From an uncultured delta proteobacterium (lineage in GTDB: Bacteria; Myxococcota_A; Polyangia; Polyangiales; Polyangiaceae): a stretch of DNA of 64,000 nt. A model generated the notes under the pieces. That model worked only from the letters and a program-made list of their open reading frames with translations, was not told where the DNA came from and made no database searches. Of this stretch, positions 41,265 to 51,298 are shown in pieces. The translations under genes and the position numbers were made by a program. Numbering within the stretch: the first letter of the stretch is position 1; each line of letters begins with the position of its first letter. The stretch spans positions 1,280,001 to 1,344,000 of the forward strand of contig CAVOKF010000005.1 in assembly GCA_963696385.1 (NCBI GenBank), written 5' to 3'.

Positions 41265-42206
41265 ATGCTGGATAGCCGAAAGGTCGTTCTCGTGGCGCTC
41301 GCCGGCAACGTCGCCATCGCCGCCTGCAAGTTTGCCGCCGCCGCGGCGTCGCACTCGACGGCGACCCTAGCCGAGGCCGTACACTCGCTCGCGGACACGG
41401 GCAATCAGGCTTTGCTGTTGATCGGCATGAGCCTGGCGGCACGCCCGCCAGACGATCGGTTTCCCTTCGGACGCGCCAGTGAGCTCTATTTCTGGCCCTT
41501 CGTCGTGGCGCTGCTCCTGTTCAGCATAGGTGGGGCGTTCGCCGTCTTCGAGGGGATCGAACGATTGGCCCATCCGGTCCGCGCCGAGGGTCGCGCTATC
41601 AGCTGCGCCGTGCTCGGGCTTTCGCTGGTCATCGAAGCGACAAGTCTTCGTGCCGCCCTCGTGGAGTTCGGAAAGGTGACCGGCGATCGTCCCGTGCTGC
41701 GTGCCGTGCTCGATGCACGGGATCCGACGATCCCGCTCGTGCTTGCCGAGGATGCGGCTGCGATTGTCGGACTGATCGTGGCGCTCGCGGCTCTCGGCGC
41801 GAGCGCACTCACCGGGCAATCGTTCTGGGACCCGATGGGGAGCGTCTTGATCGGTCTGCTCCTCTGCGCCGTTGCACTGGTGCTTGCGAAGGTCACCCAC
41901 GGACTCCTCATTGGCGAAAGCGCGACCGCCGAAGATCGGGTGCGAGTCGTCGAGCTGACGTCCGGCGTGGATGGGGTCGAACGGGTCACGCAGCTTCTGA
42001 CGATGCATCTCGGACCCGACGTCATCCTGCTGGCGCTCAAGGTCGCGTTTCGTTCCACGCTGACCGTCGGAGAGGTGGAGCGTGCGACGAACGAAGTGGA
42101 GGCACGCATCCGCGCCGCAATGCCGCGGATGCGCAAGATCTTCATCGAAGCCGATTCGCGCGGCGATCGGAGAGGCGTGGGCGATTCCGGACGAGCAGCG
42201 GACTAG
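41265..42206 (+). CDS. Cation diffusion facilitator transporter
   Basis: AEAVHSLADTGNQ, PFG, ED in TM5, C-terminal TMHLGP...IFIE. Confidence 0.92.
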   Translation: MLDSRKVVLVALAGNVAIAACKFAAAAASHSTATLAEAVHSLADTGNQALLLIGMSLAARPPDDRFPFGRASELYFWPFVVALLLFSIGGAFAVFEGIERLAHPVRAEGRAISCAVLGLSLVIEATSLRAALVEFGKVTGDRPVLRAVLDARDPTIPLVLAEDAAAIVGLIVALAALGASALTGQSFWDPMGSVLIGLLLCAVALVLAKVTHGLLIGESATAEDRVRVVELTSGVDGVERVTQLLTMHLGPDVILLALKVAFRSTLTVGEVERATNEVEARIRAAMPRMRKIFIEADSRGDRRGVGDSGRAAD

Positions 42207-42299
42207 GAGTCCGTTCCCCAAATCGCGCGCCTCGGGCTTGCGACGAGTGCTACGGGCTCCGAAAGGGCCGAGGCCGTGTCGATGCCTCCGGCCGCCCTT

Positions 42300-42903
42300 T
42301 CAGGTAAGCCATACGCCCGTTACAGCCTCGCCCCCGTGGTGCCGGTCGCCCGATCGAAGGCGACGGACGCACGTCGATCGTGACACCTCCTTTCGAAGCG
42401 CGTCTCGAAGCGCGTCCGCTCCGTGTCCGTGCAGAAGAAAGACGAAATTTCGTCCTTCGTTGACGGCCCGATCGAGAAAACTCATCGCCACGGCGACTCC
42501 GTCGTCGACACGGAGTCCGCGCAGGTCACATGTATTGTCTCGCGTCCGGATCGGCATCTCTTCACTGAAGCGGCCCGATCGGTTTGCGCCGAGCTTGGCG
42601 GCTCGGGCCGTCGGGTTGGGAAGGGATTCGACTCGGGTTGCCGCCCGGAGCTCGGTCGCATCGACGGTGAGTTTGAGAGATCCCGCCACAACACGCGTGC
42701 GCGTTGCCTCCGCAGCCTGGGCGAGCCATGTGCGCGCCAGTTCCCCAGTGTCGGCAAACGGAAGTGCGAGGGCCACTTCACGCCCTAGTGGACCCGCGCA
42801 ACGATCCGCGAGGGCACCGAGGACACGATCCCATTCGAGGTCTGCGCGCGTTTTGGCCGGGCAGGGGTCGGGTCGCAAGAGGAAGGTGCGAGGATACTTG
42901 CAT
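42300..42903 (-). pseudogene. mutS2: MutS2 remnant: N-terminus fused in frame to the KOW/Smr C-terminus
   Basis: DLEWDRVLGALADRC..PLG (MutS2 start) joined at about 42700 to VVAGSLKLTV...DLRG...LLHGHG...GGEAVT (Smr). No Walker A/B. ATG 42903 is out of frame; TTG 42878 is in frame. Confidence 0.78.
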
Positions 42904-42934
42904 GCGCCGGGCGTGCGCGGGGATGATTGGGCCA

Positions 42935-44326
42935 ATGAACCTCGGTTCTGAGACAGTCGCGATGTCCGGTCGCCGAGCAGCGGCGTCACGCGTCGCCAGG
43001 GGACTGCTCGACAGGGGTCAGCCGGGCGAGGCCGTTTCGGTCCTCGCCGCATCGGCCGCGTGCGGGCCCAACGATCAGGAAGGCCAGAAGTTGCTCGCCG
43101 AGGCGCTTCGGATCGACCCCACATCGCGGCTCGCGCAGCTCGCGTTCGAACGCATGGAGGGCATTGCCGGCGACCAGAGCATCCTTGACCAGGCGATTGC
43201 GCGTTGGTCGGCCGAAGAGGTCGGGCGTCTGGATCGCGAGCTCGCACGCCCGTCGTTCGTGCGGGCGCAACTCGGCTTCAACAACAACGTCAAATACAAA
43301 GATCGCACGTTCCACATTCAGACCGAGGACAGCGGTCTCGAGAAGCCGCACATCATCACGCACCTTTTTGCCGACGGTGGCCACGTCATCCGAAGCCACA
43401 AACGGTCGTATGCCGAGCACGTCCGCCGCGAGGATGTTGCCCTTTACGTCCGCCAGCTCATGAAGGCACAGCAGTTCGAGATGGCCATCGCCCTGCGCGA
43501 AGGCAAGTTCGACGAGATTATCGACGGACGCGCAGTCGGCGGCATGCACCTTTTGGACTACCCGCCCAAGGTCGACGTTCAGAGAATGGCCACGCAGAAG
43601 AAGTCGCGTGTCGACGCCGCCGGCGAGATCGCGGCTGCAACTGCGCCCGAGGCGGTTGCCGCCCCGCTTTCGTCCGCCCCTCGGCGAGCGCACTTCCGAG
43701 TTACCGTCTTGCGTCGAGTGGGTGGAGGCCCGCCCGCGTACGAGCCATTGGCCTCCGAAGCGATTGTGGGCTCGACCGGTGTGATCGCGCTCCCGGGCGA
43801 ACGGTTCTGCCATCCGCGTGAAGCCGCGATACGGTTGCGCGACGATCGCCTATGGCTCCAGGATTTCGAGGCCGGAAACGGTGTCTTCTTGCGAATCCGC
43901 GCGCCGGTGGAGCTCGGCCCCGGCGATGAGTTTATTGTGGGTGATCAGCTCTTGAGGATCGAGCGCAATCCTGTCCCAGCCGATAGTCCCGATCCCGGTC
44001 CGACGTACTTCTATTCCTCGCCCAAGTGGCTTTCGTCGTTCCGGGTCGTCCAAATCTTCGAAGGAGGTGCCCTCGGTGCATGCGTGCTGGCACGGGGGAC
44101 GACATTGCAGATCGGATCGTCGTATGGCGACTTCGTGTTTCCGAGCGATCCGCTGGTCAGCGACGAGCACTGTTTCATCGAAGAACAGGCCGGTTCGATT
44201 CTCCTCACGGACCTGGGCTCACGGACGGGTGTCTTTGTCCGCATCAAGGGCGAGCAAGAGATCCTCCACGGCGACGAGTTTTTGGTCGGCCGGACGCGAC
44301 TCGTCGTAGAGCTCACGTCCCGCTGA
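42935..44326 (+). CDS. Tandem FHA-domain protein with TPR-like N-terminus
   Basis: Two FHA-like repeats (QDFEAGNGVFLRI...GDEFIVG; DLGSRTGVFVRI...GDEFLVG); middle domain GFNNNVKY...FHIQTEDSG. Confidence 0.85.
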   Translation: MNLGSETVAMSGRRAAASRVARGLLDRGQPGEAVSVLAASAACGPNDQEGQKLLAEALRIDPTSRLAQLAFERMEGIAGDQSILDQAIARWSAEEVGRLDRELARPSFVRAQLGFNNNVKYKDRTFHIQTEDSGLEKPHIITHLFADGGHVIRSHKRSYAEHVRREDVALYVRQLMKAQQFEMAIALREGKFDEIIDGRAVGGMHLLDYPPKVDVQRMATQKKSRVDAAGEIAAATAPEAVAAPLSSAPRRAHFRVTVLRRVGGGPPAYEPLASEAIVGSTGVIALPGERFCHPREAAIRLRDDRLWLQDFEAGNGVFLRIRAPVELGPGDEFIVGDQLLRIERNPVPADSPDPGPTYFYSSPKWLSSFRVVQIFEGGALGACVLARGTTLQIGSSYGDFVFPSDPLVSDEHCFIEEQAGSILLTDLGSRTGVFVRIKGEQEILHGDEFLVGRTRLVVELTSR

Positions 44327-44344
44327 GTTTCTCGCGCGAGGTCG

Positions 44345-44587
44345 TCAGACTGCCGCGTGTCCGCGCTTCATGTGCACCGCGAGAGTGTGGTGGCCGCACT
44401 GCGGGCACGGCGGCGGCCGGTGACCCCCAAGGTGCTCCTCCTCGAGTTGCCGTTGCTCGTAGGCGCGTTGAATCTCCTCGAGAGCAGGAGGCAGGGGCGC
44501 GGGCCGGACGCGCATCGCCGCGGCCTCGGCCCACGCGCCACGCCAAGTGCAGACCGTGCAGCGAAGAGTCTTATCCATGGGCGGCAT
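44345..44587 (-). CDS. Small protein with two CxxC motifs
   Basis: MPPMDKTLRCTVCTWRG...PCPQCGHH; 3' part of ORF 44345..45436, downstream of pyk. Confidence 0.65.
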   Translation of the reverse strand: MPPMDKTLRCTVCTWRGAWAEAAAMRVRPAPLPPALEEIQRAYEQRQLEEEHLGGHRPPPCPQCGHHTLAVHMKRGHAAV

Positions 44588-44649
44588 TCTTACGGCTGCG
44601 CCCGGGTGGAGCAAGCGTTTTGGGCCCGAGGCGGCGATAAGCTCCGCCT

Positions 44650-46062
44650 CTAGCCGAGAACGTGAACCCGAATGGAATTGGTGCTCCCGCTGACGCCAAC
44701 GGGTGCCCCGAAGACGATGACCACCCTCTCGCCCGGGGACCCGTAGCCAGCCGCTAGCAAGTCTCCTGTGCACCAGTCCACGAGCTGATCCGTGTCGTGC
44801 ATCGCGGGTATCTCGCGAGGAACGACGCCCCAATAAAGCGCCATTCGGCGCCGTGTCTTGGCGTTGGCAGAATAGGCAATGATTGGCACATCCGGGCGCG
44901 CCAGGCTCACCGTCATCGCGCTGAAGCCACTTTCCGTGAAGGCGACGAGGTACTTGGCGCCGATCTCGCGGGCCGTGTTGCAAGCGCCGCGGGCAACGGC
45001 CTCGGCGACGCTGGTCGCTCGGGAGAGGTACGGAGCATGCTCGAAAAAAGGGCTGCCTTCCGCCTCGAGCGCGATCCGGCTCATCATCGAGCACGCCAGC
45101 GTCGGGTGGTCGCCCGTCGCAGTCTCTCCCGAGAGCATGAGACAGTCGGTCCCCGAGTACACGGCGGTCGCGACGTCGCTCGCTTCCGCACGCGTGGGCC
45201 GAGTCGACTTCGTCATCGATTGCAGCATCTCCGTCGCGACGATGACCGGCCGGCGGACACGCCGCGCAACGGCGAGGATTTGTCGCTGGATCACCGGAAC
45301 CCGCTCGGGTGGAAACTCGACGCCTAAATCGCCCCGGGCGACCATCACGCCATCGCTTGCGGCGACCACGCTCTCCAGATTTTCCACCGCGTCCGGCGTC
45401 TCGACCTTGGCGACGACCGGCGTCGGCGCGCCCCACGCCTGGCAGATGTCGCGGATCTGCTGAATATCCGCCGCCCGCCGGACGAAGCTCATCGCGATGT
45501 AGTCGATGCCGCTCGACAAGCCGAACACGAGGTCTTCCTTGTCTTTTTCCGTCAGCGCAGAGACGCGCATCGTCTTGCTGGGCAAGTGGACCCCGACGTG
45601 GTCGCGCATGCCCCCACCCTGGTCGACGCGCGCTCTCACTCGCTGTGACTCGACGCCGACGACGGTGAGAACGAGGCGCCCATCATCGAACAGAATCCGG
45701 TCGCCCAAGCGCACGTCGGCCGAGAGTCCCTCGTATTGAATGGGCACGACGCGTTCGTCGCTGGATGCGTCGCCTTCGAAGAGGGTCACGTCCGCACCGG
45801 ACGGCAAATCGAATTTCCGTGGGAACGACCCGGTTCGGATCTTCGGTCCGCAAAGGTCTTGCAGGACCGCGACCGCCTTGTGTTCCAAATCCGACGCTTT
45901 GCGCAACCGGGAGAGCCGTGCGCCGTGCTCCTCATGCGTGCCGTGCGAAAAATTGAAGCGCGCCACATCCATCCCGGCCGCGATGAGTCCGCGCAAGCCA
46001 TCCAGGGAGTCACAGGCCGGTCCGAGCGTGCAAACGAGTTTGGCGCGACGCAGTGACGACAT
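44650..46062 (-). CDS. pyk: Pyruvate kinase
   Basis: KLVCTLGP, RFNFSHG, DLCGPKIR, MVARGDLGVE, PTRAEASD, MLSGETA. Confidence 0.97.
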   Translation of the reverse strand: MSSLRRAKLVCTLGPACDSLDGLRGLIAAGMDVARFNFSHGTHEEHGARLSRLRKASDLEHKAVAVLQDLCGPKIRTGSFPRKFDLPSGADVTLFEGDASSDERVVPIQYEGLSADVRLGDRILFDDGRLVLTVVGVESQRVRARVDQGGGMRDHVGVHLPSKTMRVSALTEKDKEDLVFGLSSGIDYIAMSFVRRAADIQQIRDICQAWGAPTPVVAKVETPDAVENLESVVAASDGVMVARGDLGVEFPPERVPVIQRQILAVARRVRRPVIVATEMLQSMTKSTRPTRAEASDVATAVYSGTDCLMLSGETATGDHPTLACSMMSRIALEAEGSPFFEHAPYLSRATSVAEAVARGACNTAREIGAKYLVAFTESGFSAMTVSLARPDVPIIAYSANAKTRRRMALYWGVVPREIPAMHDTDQLVDWCTGDLLAAGYGSPGERVVIVFGAPVGVSGSTNSIRVHVLG

Positions 46063-46184
46063 TTGGTTCAAAGGGTAGTTTAACCGAGTTACGGATGGGA
46101 GTATGTGCGACTTTGCGCTCCCCCCTTGATCCGGCGCGAGTCCGGACGCTACTACAGGCTGGCCTCGCATTCGAGTGATTCGCC

Positions 46185-47508
46185 ATGTCCCTCACCCGTG
46201 ACGCGTCAGGTCTTCTTCGTCTCGGCGGCATCGACCTGGCGGATCTGGCGACGCGGGCTGGCACCCCGGCGTACGTTTACGATCTCGATGCAATCGCCGC
46301 CGAGGCTCACGCCCTGCAGCTTGCGTTCGATGACGCATCGCATCTCGTGGCCTATGCCGTCAAAGCGAACACGGCGGGTCCGGTGCTTCGGGCGGTTGCG
46401 AGCGAAGGATGCGGGGCGGACGTAGTGAGCGCAGCGGAGCTTCTCGTCGCCACGTCGTGCGGTATGGCGCCGGAGCGAATCGTGTTCAGTGGCGTTGCGA
46501 AGACGAACGAGGAGATGGATCGCGCCATCGCGTGCGGTGCCCGCGGAATCGCCGCGCTGCAGCTCGAAAGCGTCGAAGAAATCACCCGTGTCCGGGCGCG
46601 CGCGAGCGCCGCGGGCCGCAGGGTGCGCGTGAGCATCCGTGTGAACCCGAGCGTCAATCTCCAGGGGGTGACACACGCCAGCATTGCGACGGGCCATGAT
46701 GCGGCGAAGTTCGGCGTCGCGCTCGAAGACGTGGGCCGTGCCGTCGAACTCATCGGAGCGGCCGGCAACCTGGATCTGGTCGGCATGGCGGTACACGCGG
46801 GCTCGCAGTTCACGAGCGTATCGCCCTACGTCGAAGCGTGCCGCGTCCTCTTCGGGGTCACCCGTGCTCTGCGCTCGGACGGTCGTGCCGCGTCGCTCGC
46901 GTTCGTCGATTCGGGCGGAGGTTTCGGTATCGATTACACGGCGCCGCCGGCCGCGCGCCAGGACGGCACCGCTGCTCCCTCCACCCTGCCTCAGCCGGCG
47001 GACTTCGTACGCGCCGCCCGCCGGGAGCAAAGGCTCGTCGGCCTGGACGATTTGGCGCTCTACGTGGAGCCGGGTCGGTCGCTCGTTGGACCCCATGGAA
47101 TCCTGCTCGCCCGTGTCATTCAGGCAAAGGTCGCGAGTGGAGCTCGATGGTCGATGATCGACGCCGGGATGAACGATCTCATTCGCCCTGCCCTCTATCA
47201 GGCTCGCCACCGCGTCGTGCCGGTGGACCGGCAGGTGGACGAGGCGACGTCATTGCCGTGGCGGGTCGTCGGTCCGGTCTGCGAGAGCAGCGACGATTTC
47301 GGACAGCACTTCTTTCCGCCCAAGCCTCCCCCTTGTGTCGCCATCCTGGACGCGGGCGCCTATGGGTACACGATGGCAAGCTCCTACAACGGTCGACAGC
47401 TTCCCATCGAAATTTTCGTCTCGAGCGGACGGGTCGTCGCCCAAACCAGCCGCCGCTCGATTCGAGTCGTGGGCCGCGGAGCGCGCCAGCTACTTGTCCG
47501 CCTTCTGA
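46185..47508 (+). CDS. lysA: Diaminopimelate decarboxylase (probable +1 frameshift at 47461 near the C-terminus; as read, the ORF ends at 47603)
   Basis: TPAYVYD, YAVKAN, KFG, HAGSQ, GGGFG, EPGR, GPVCESSD, GAYG motifs; corrected end RRSIESWAAERASYLSAF*. Confidence 0.92.
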
Positions 47509-49646
47509 GACCCACGCCCCGGCGTCATTCGCGGAGGAGGCACGGACTTCGGGAGACCCGCGGGGGAGGCGGTGCGAGCCCGCACCACCTGACCGTCGGC
47601 TAGGATTTCGACTCCGATCGTCCGGCATCGTCGCGCGAGGCGGTCCAGATCCACTCCCGCCAGCACCAGCAGACCCCCCGGAGGGGAAGGATCGACAAAA
47701 AGCTCCTGAGTCGGCCGGCGAGTTCGGAGCATTTCGCGGACGTTCGGGTCCTCGACCCAGAGAAAGCCGTTCGCCGGTGCCCATGTGGCGCGGCCGACCA
47801 CGACGCTCGCCTGCGCGAGCGTCCGCGAGAGCGACTCGGGCAAGGGCGCGAGCGCTTCGATTCGCGCGCGGAGCACGTCCGCTTCGAGACCCGCGGAAAG
47901 GGCGCGTGCCAGCGTCTGCGGGGCAATCATGAGATCGAGCGTTTCGGCCGCGCGTCCGACTTCGACGAGCGGCGCGATGGCCAGAATGGCGCCGACTCGA
48001 GCTTGCGGACCCAGACGCAACACGTGCGTGTCGAGGAACTTGGACGGCGCTCCGTCGTTCGCGGGCACTTTGTCGGCGACCAGGGCGCGGCCCCGGGCGG
48101 TCAGGCGCAGCGCCATCGGGCTGCCGCGGGGTTCGATCTCGCCATCGTGCGCGAGGTCTTCGTCCTCGCCGAGGTCGAGGATTCCGAGCGCCGGAAGGCT
48201 TTCGTGCACGATGCGGCGTGCGACCTCGATCGGGTCCACCGGATCCGCGCCAACGCGCTCGGCCCATCGGCGCAGCAGCCGGGATAGCCCGGGCACCCGG
48301 TGGTCGCTCTTGAGCCAACGCGCAAGCGACGACCACGGAACCCATCGGCCCTCGCCAAGCTCGCGCAGCGCCTCGAGGACCATCTCGCGCACGACGCCGG
48401 CTGGGCTCGTGTCGCGAGATTCCGCGGCCAGTCGGAGGATCTCCGGCTCGTTGCGCGCTTCGTCCCACGCGCCTCCCCGTCTCCACGCGACGAACAGCTG
48501 CACGGTCAGATCTTGGAGTGTGAAAGTGCCGGGAGGCGAGGACGTATTCGTAGCCGAAGCGTCCCAAAGTCCGATGGCGCGCGACAGGGCAACGATGAGT
48601 GCCACGTGTTCGGGGTCGCGACCGAAACGTGCGGCGAGTTTCTGCACCAACGACTTCGGTGTGCCGACCCCGGCGCGCACCTCGAAAACCGTTCCGGAGG
48701 GGCTGCGGCCCTCGGGCGTTCGCCCCGCCTCGCGAGAGGCCGTGGCCAGGCCCATGGCCAGGGGCGACGGATCGAGCGAGAAGCGAGCTCGGCGAGGAGC
48801 GTGATCGCCCGAGGCAACGAACTGCTTCACGGCAAGGCGTCGCGCCTCGCGCTCGCTGTGATGGGCCGCGCCGATGATTGCACTGACCTCGGTCGGTACG
48901 ACGTGCCGATTCGGGTGAACCGGAATAAGAAGGCCTCGCCGCTCCAGCGAAAAGCCCACTCCGCGACGCGAGGGCGTCGCGCCTGTTGCCGTGCGAAGGC
49001 GCAAGGGCTCGCGCTCCAGCTCCAGGAGCTCTTCGGTGTCGACTTCGCCGCCGTCCGAATCGACCCCTTCGAGGACGCGGCGCTCGGTTCCGGATAACTT
49101 GCCGATCTCGTCGGATAGCTTGACCGGGTCGCCCAGCACCTCCCATGCGCTCTCCAGAGACAGCGCGATCGGCGGCGTGGCCGGTCGGCCGAGATAATGC
49201 GACGCAATCGCCGTCGTCGTCTCGAAGGAGGCCTGGGAGAGCAGGGCCCTCAGCCCCCGGGGGTCCTCGCCTTCCCACGACTTGAGCTGCACCAGATACG
49301 CGGAAGGAAGAATGAGCTCGACGCTCGTTTCCGCCGAACGGGCAAACATGAGCCCGCGAGCGAGCAGAGGCTCGAGAGCCGGAGGCACGGACGTGACCCG
49401 GAGCGAGCCGTGCGCCTCGGCGACGCGATGGATCAACTCCGTGCACGCAGGGTTCAAACGGCTTGCGTCACGGAGCTCGGTCAACGACACCAGAGCGCGC
49501 GCGACCTGCGACGGGACGTCGATCCGTTTTGCCGGGTCGATTCGAATGGCGAGGCGGTCGATGAGCCCGTCGAGCTCACCTTGCGGCAACGCCCGCAAGA
49601 TGTCGGTCAACCGATGGTTGGCTTCGGGGGCGAGCGAGGTCGACAC
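47490..49646 (-). CDS. Helicase-associated (XPB N-terminal-like) domain protein
   Basis: 718 aa without NTPase motifs; C-terminal IAPQTLARALSAGL...LPESLSRTL resembles the XPB/Ssl2 N-terminal domain (inference). Confidence 0.7.
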   Translation of the reverse strand: MSTSLAPEANHRLTDILRALPQGELDGLIDRLAIRIDPAKRIDVPSQVARALVSLTELRDASRLNPACTELIHRVAEAHGSLRVTSVPPALEPLLARGLMFARSAETSVELILPSAYLVQLKSWEGEDPRGLRALLSQASFETTTAIASHYLGRPATPPIALSLESAWEVLGDPVKLSDEIGKLSGTERRVLEGVDSDGGEVDTEELLELEREPLRLRTATGATPSRRGVGFSLERRGLLIPVHPNRHVVPTEVSAIIGAAHHSEREARRLAVKQFVASGDHAPRRARFSLDPSPLAMGLATASREAGRTPEGRSPSGTVFEVRAGVGTPKSLVQKLAARFGRDPEHVALIVALSRAIGLWDASATNTSSPPGTFTLQDLTVQLFVAWRRGGAWDEARNEPEILRLAAESRDTSPAGVVREMVLEALRELGEGRWVPWSSLARWLKSDHRVPGLSRLLRRWAERVGADPVDPIEVARRIVHESLPALGILDLGEDEDLAHDGEIEPRGSPMALRLTARGRALVADKVPANDGAPSKFLDTHVLRLGPQARVGAILAIAPLVEVGRAAETLDLMIAPQTLARALSAGLEADVLRARIEALAPLPESLSRTLAQASVVVGRATWAPANGFLWVEDPNVREMLRTRRPTQELFVDPSPPGGLLVLAGVDLDRLARRCRTIGVEILADGQVVRARTASPAGLPKSVPPPRMTPGRGSQKADK

Positions 49647-49825
49647 GGCGGGATCAACGCGAGAGCGTAGCGGAGAACGGAGCCTTGTGCCCTAAGCACG
49701 GCGAACCGCACGGCCAAGTACCGCGACACGTCACCTTGGCGCGAGCGGCAAAACGATGATCGTCATGCTCGCAGCGGCACCTGTGAAACGGTTGTCCGGT
49801 CGAGTAAGGTGAGCGCCTCGAGGGC

Positions 49826-51298
49826 ATGGTCGCACGCCAGGGCCGCAGCTCACTCGGCGCTTTCAGGGCCGGAGTGCCGTCGGCCGCTGGCTCTCGGCGT
49901 TCCTCGGAGTTGCGAATCGAGTGGCCTGGGCGGGTCTGGGAGCCCGGCAAAGCCGCTCACCCGGGCCGTGAGTTGGCGGTGACCGTCGAGAGTGCCGGCA
50001 CGAAACCATTTCCCGGAGTGACGGCGGTGGATCCGCCGCAGGGTCGTCTCATTCTGGGCGATGCTCTCGATGTGGCCACGGCCCTGGCGCGCGACGGGTT
50101 CGGCGGCATGGTCGACTTGGTTTACGTCGATCCGCCCTTCGCTTCCCAGGCTGCCTATGTGTACGAGGCGCGGCTGGATGGGCCCGCTGACGGTCGAGTT
50201 CTCCGGACCAAGGCGTACGACGATCGCTGGGATGGCGGAGGAGTGGCCGCCTATCTCGACATGCTGGCTCCGCGCTTGGAGTCGCTGGCAGAGCTGCTGA
50301 CCCCCGCGGGCACGATCTGGGTCCACGTCGACTACCGTGCATCGTACCTGGTTCGGCTCATCCTCGACGAGATGCTAGGGCGGGAGGCGTTCGTCAACGA
50401 AATCGTCTGGCGGCGCGCGCCGAACTTGGGCCGCCAGGCGGCGAGCTCTCAGTTCGGACGGACGCTCGACACGATCGTGGTCTATGGCAGAAGCGATCGT
50501 GCCGTCTTGGTACCGCCGACCCGCCTCGAGCCCATCCCGACGAGCGCCATCCGCTGGGACGACGCCGGTCGCCCATTCGTCGCCGCGCCGCGCGGCGACT
50601 ACACGGACGGTTCGATCGAGCGGCTCGACAGGGAAGGCCGCGTGCACCGGGCAGCGAGCGGCAAGGTGTATATCAAATATTTTCTTGTGCAAAATAGCGA
50701 TGGCGAATGGTGTCGGGAACGCCGCATCGACGCGCTCTGGACCGACGTGCGACCGCTCCGGCACGCGGCTTCCGGCGAGCGAACCGGATTTCCGACGCAG
50801 AAACCTCGCGCACTGCTCGATCGGATCGTGTCGTGCGCGTCGCCCCCCGGTGGCCTGGTCGTCGACCTCTTCGCTGGCAGCGGTACGACGGGCGAGAGCG
50901 CATACGCCCTCGGGCGTCGCTTCGTGCTGGGTGACGCCTCGCCGCTGGCGACCGCAACCGCGCGGGCTCGGCTGCTTCGCGCGGGCGCTTCGATCGAAGT
51001 GCAAGATTGCGGTCGCACGTCGCCGGTCGCCGACGCGCCGCGTGTGGCCGTCGATCGTGTCGGTTCCGGCGTGCGTGTGCGCTTGGTGGCCCCGCTCGAG
51101 CCACTGGCTTGGGCGGTCGGCAGCGCGGCCGACGCCCGAGCACCGCTCCGGACGGCGTGGCACTCGGAGCGAGTCCCCGGCAGTCGCGCCCGCCGCGTAC
51201 TTGACGAGGCGCTCTTCGAACCCCCTTGCGGCCCTCTTGCAGTCCGTGTCTGGAACGACGACGGCACCGTCGGCACGTGGGTTGAGGAGGTCGCGTGA
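49826..51298 (+). CDS. Beta-class N6A/N4C DNA methyltransferase (Mod-like)
   Basis: YVDPPF (motif IV) precedes FPTQKP and DLFAGSGTT (motif I); NEIVW. Start uncertain. Confidence 0.92.
   Translation: MVARQGRSSLGAFRAGVPSAAGSRRSSELRIEWPGRVWEPGKAAHPGRELAVTVESAGTKPFPGVTAVDPPQGRLILGDALDVATALARDGFGGMVDLVYVDPPFASQAAYVYEARLDGPADGRVLRTKAYDDRWDGGGVAAYLDMLAPRLESLAELLTPAGTIWVHVDYRASYLVRLILDEMLGREAFVNEIVWRRAPNLGRQAASSQFGRTLDTIVVYGRSDRAVLVPPTRLEPIPTSAIRWDDAGRPFVAAPRGDYTDGSIERLDREGRVHRAASGKVYIKYFLVQNSDGEWCRERRIDALWTDVRPLRHAASGERTGFPTQKPRALLDRIVSCASPPGGLVVDLFAGSGTTGESAYALGRRFVLGDASPLATATARARLLRAGASIEVQDCGRTSPVADAPRVAVDRVGSGVRVRLVAPLEPLAWAVGSAADARAPLRTAWHSERVPGSRARRVLDEALFEPPCGPLAVRVWNDDGTVGTWVEEVA

Noticed and set aside
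47509..47603. Arg-rich C-terminal extension of LysA
   Set aside because: Better explained by a +1 frameshift at 47461; the corrected gene ends at 47508 with only a 19-nt convergent overlap.
49826..51298. Complete Type III restriction-modification system
   Set aside because: No Res helicase/nuclease is adjacent; the divergent 718-aa gene lacks Walker motifs.
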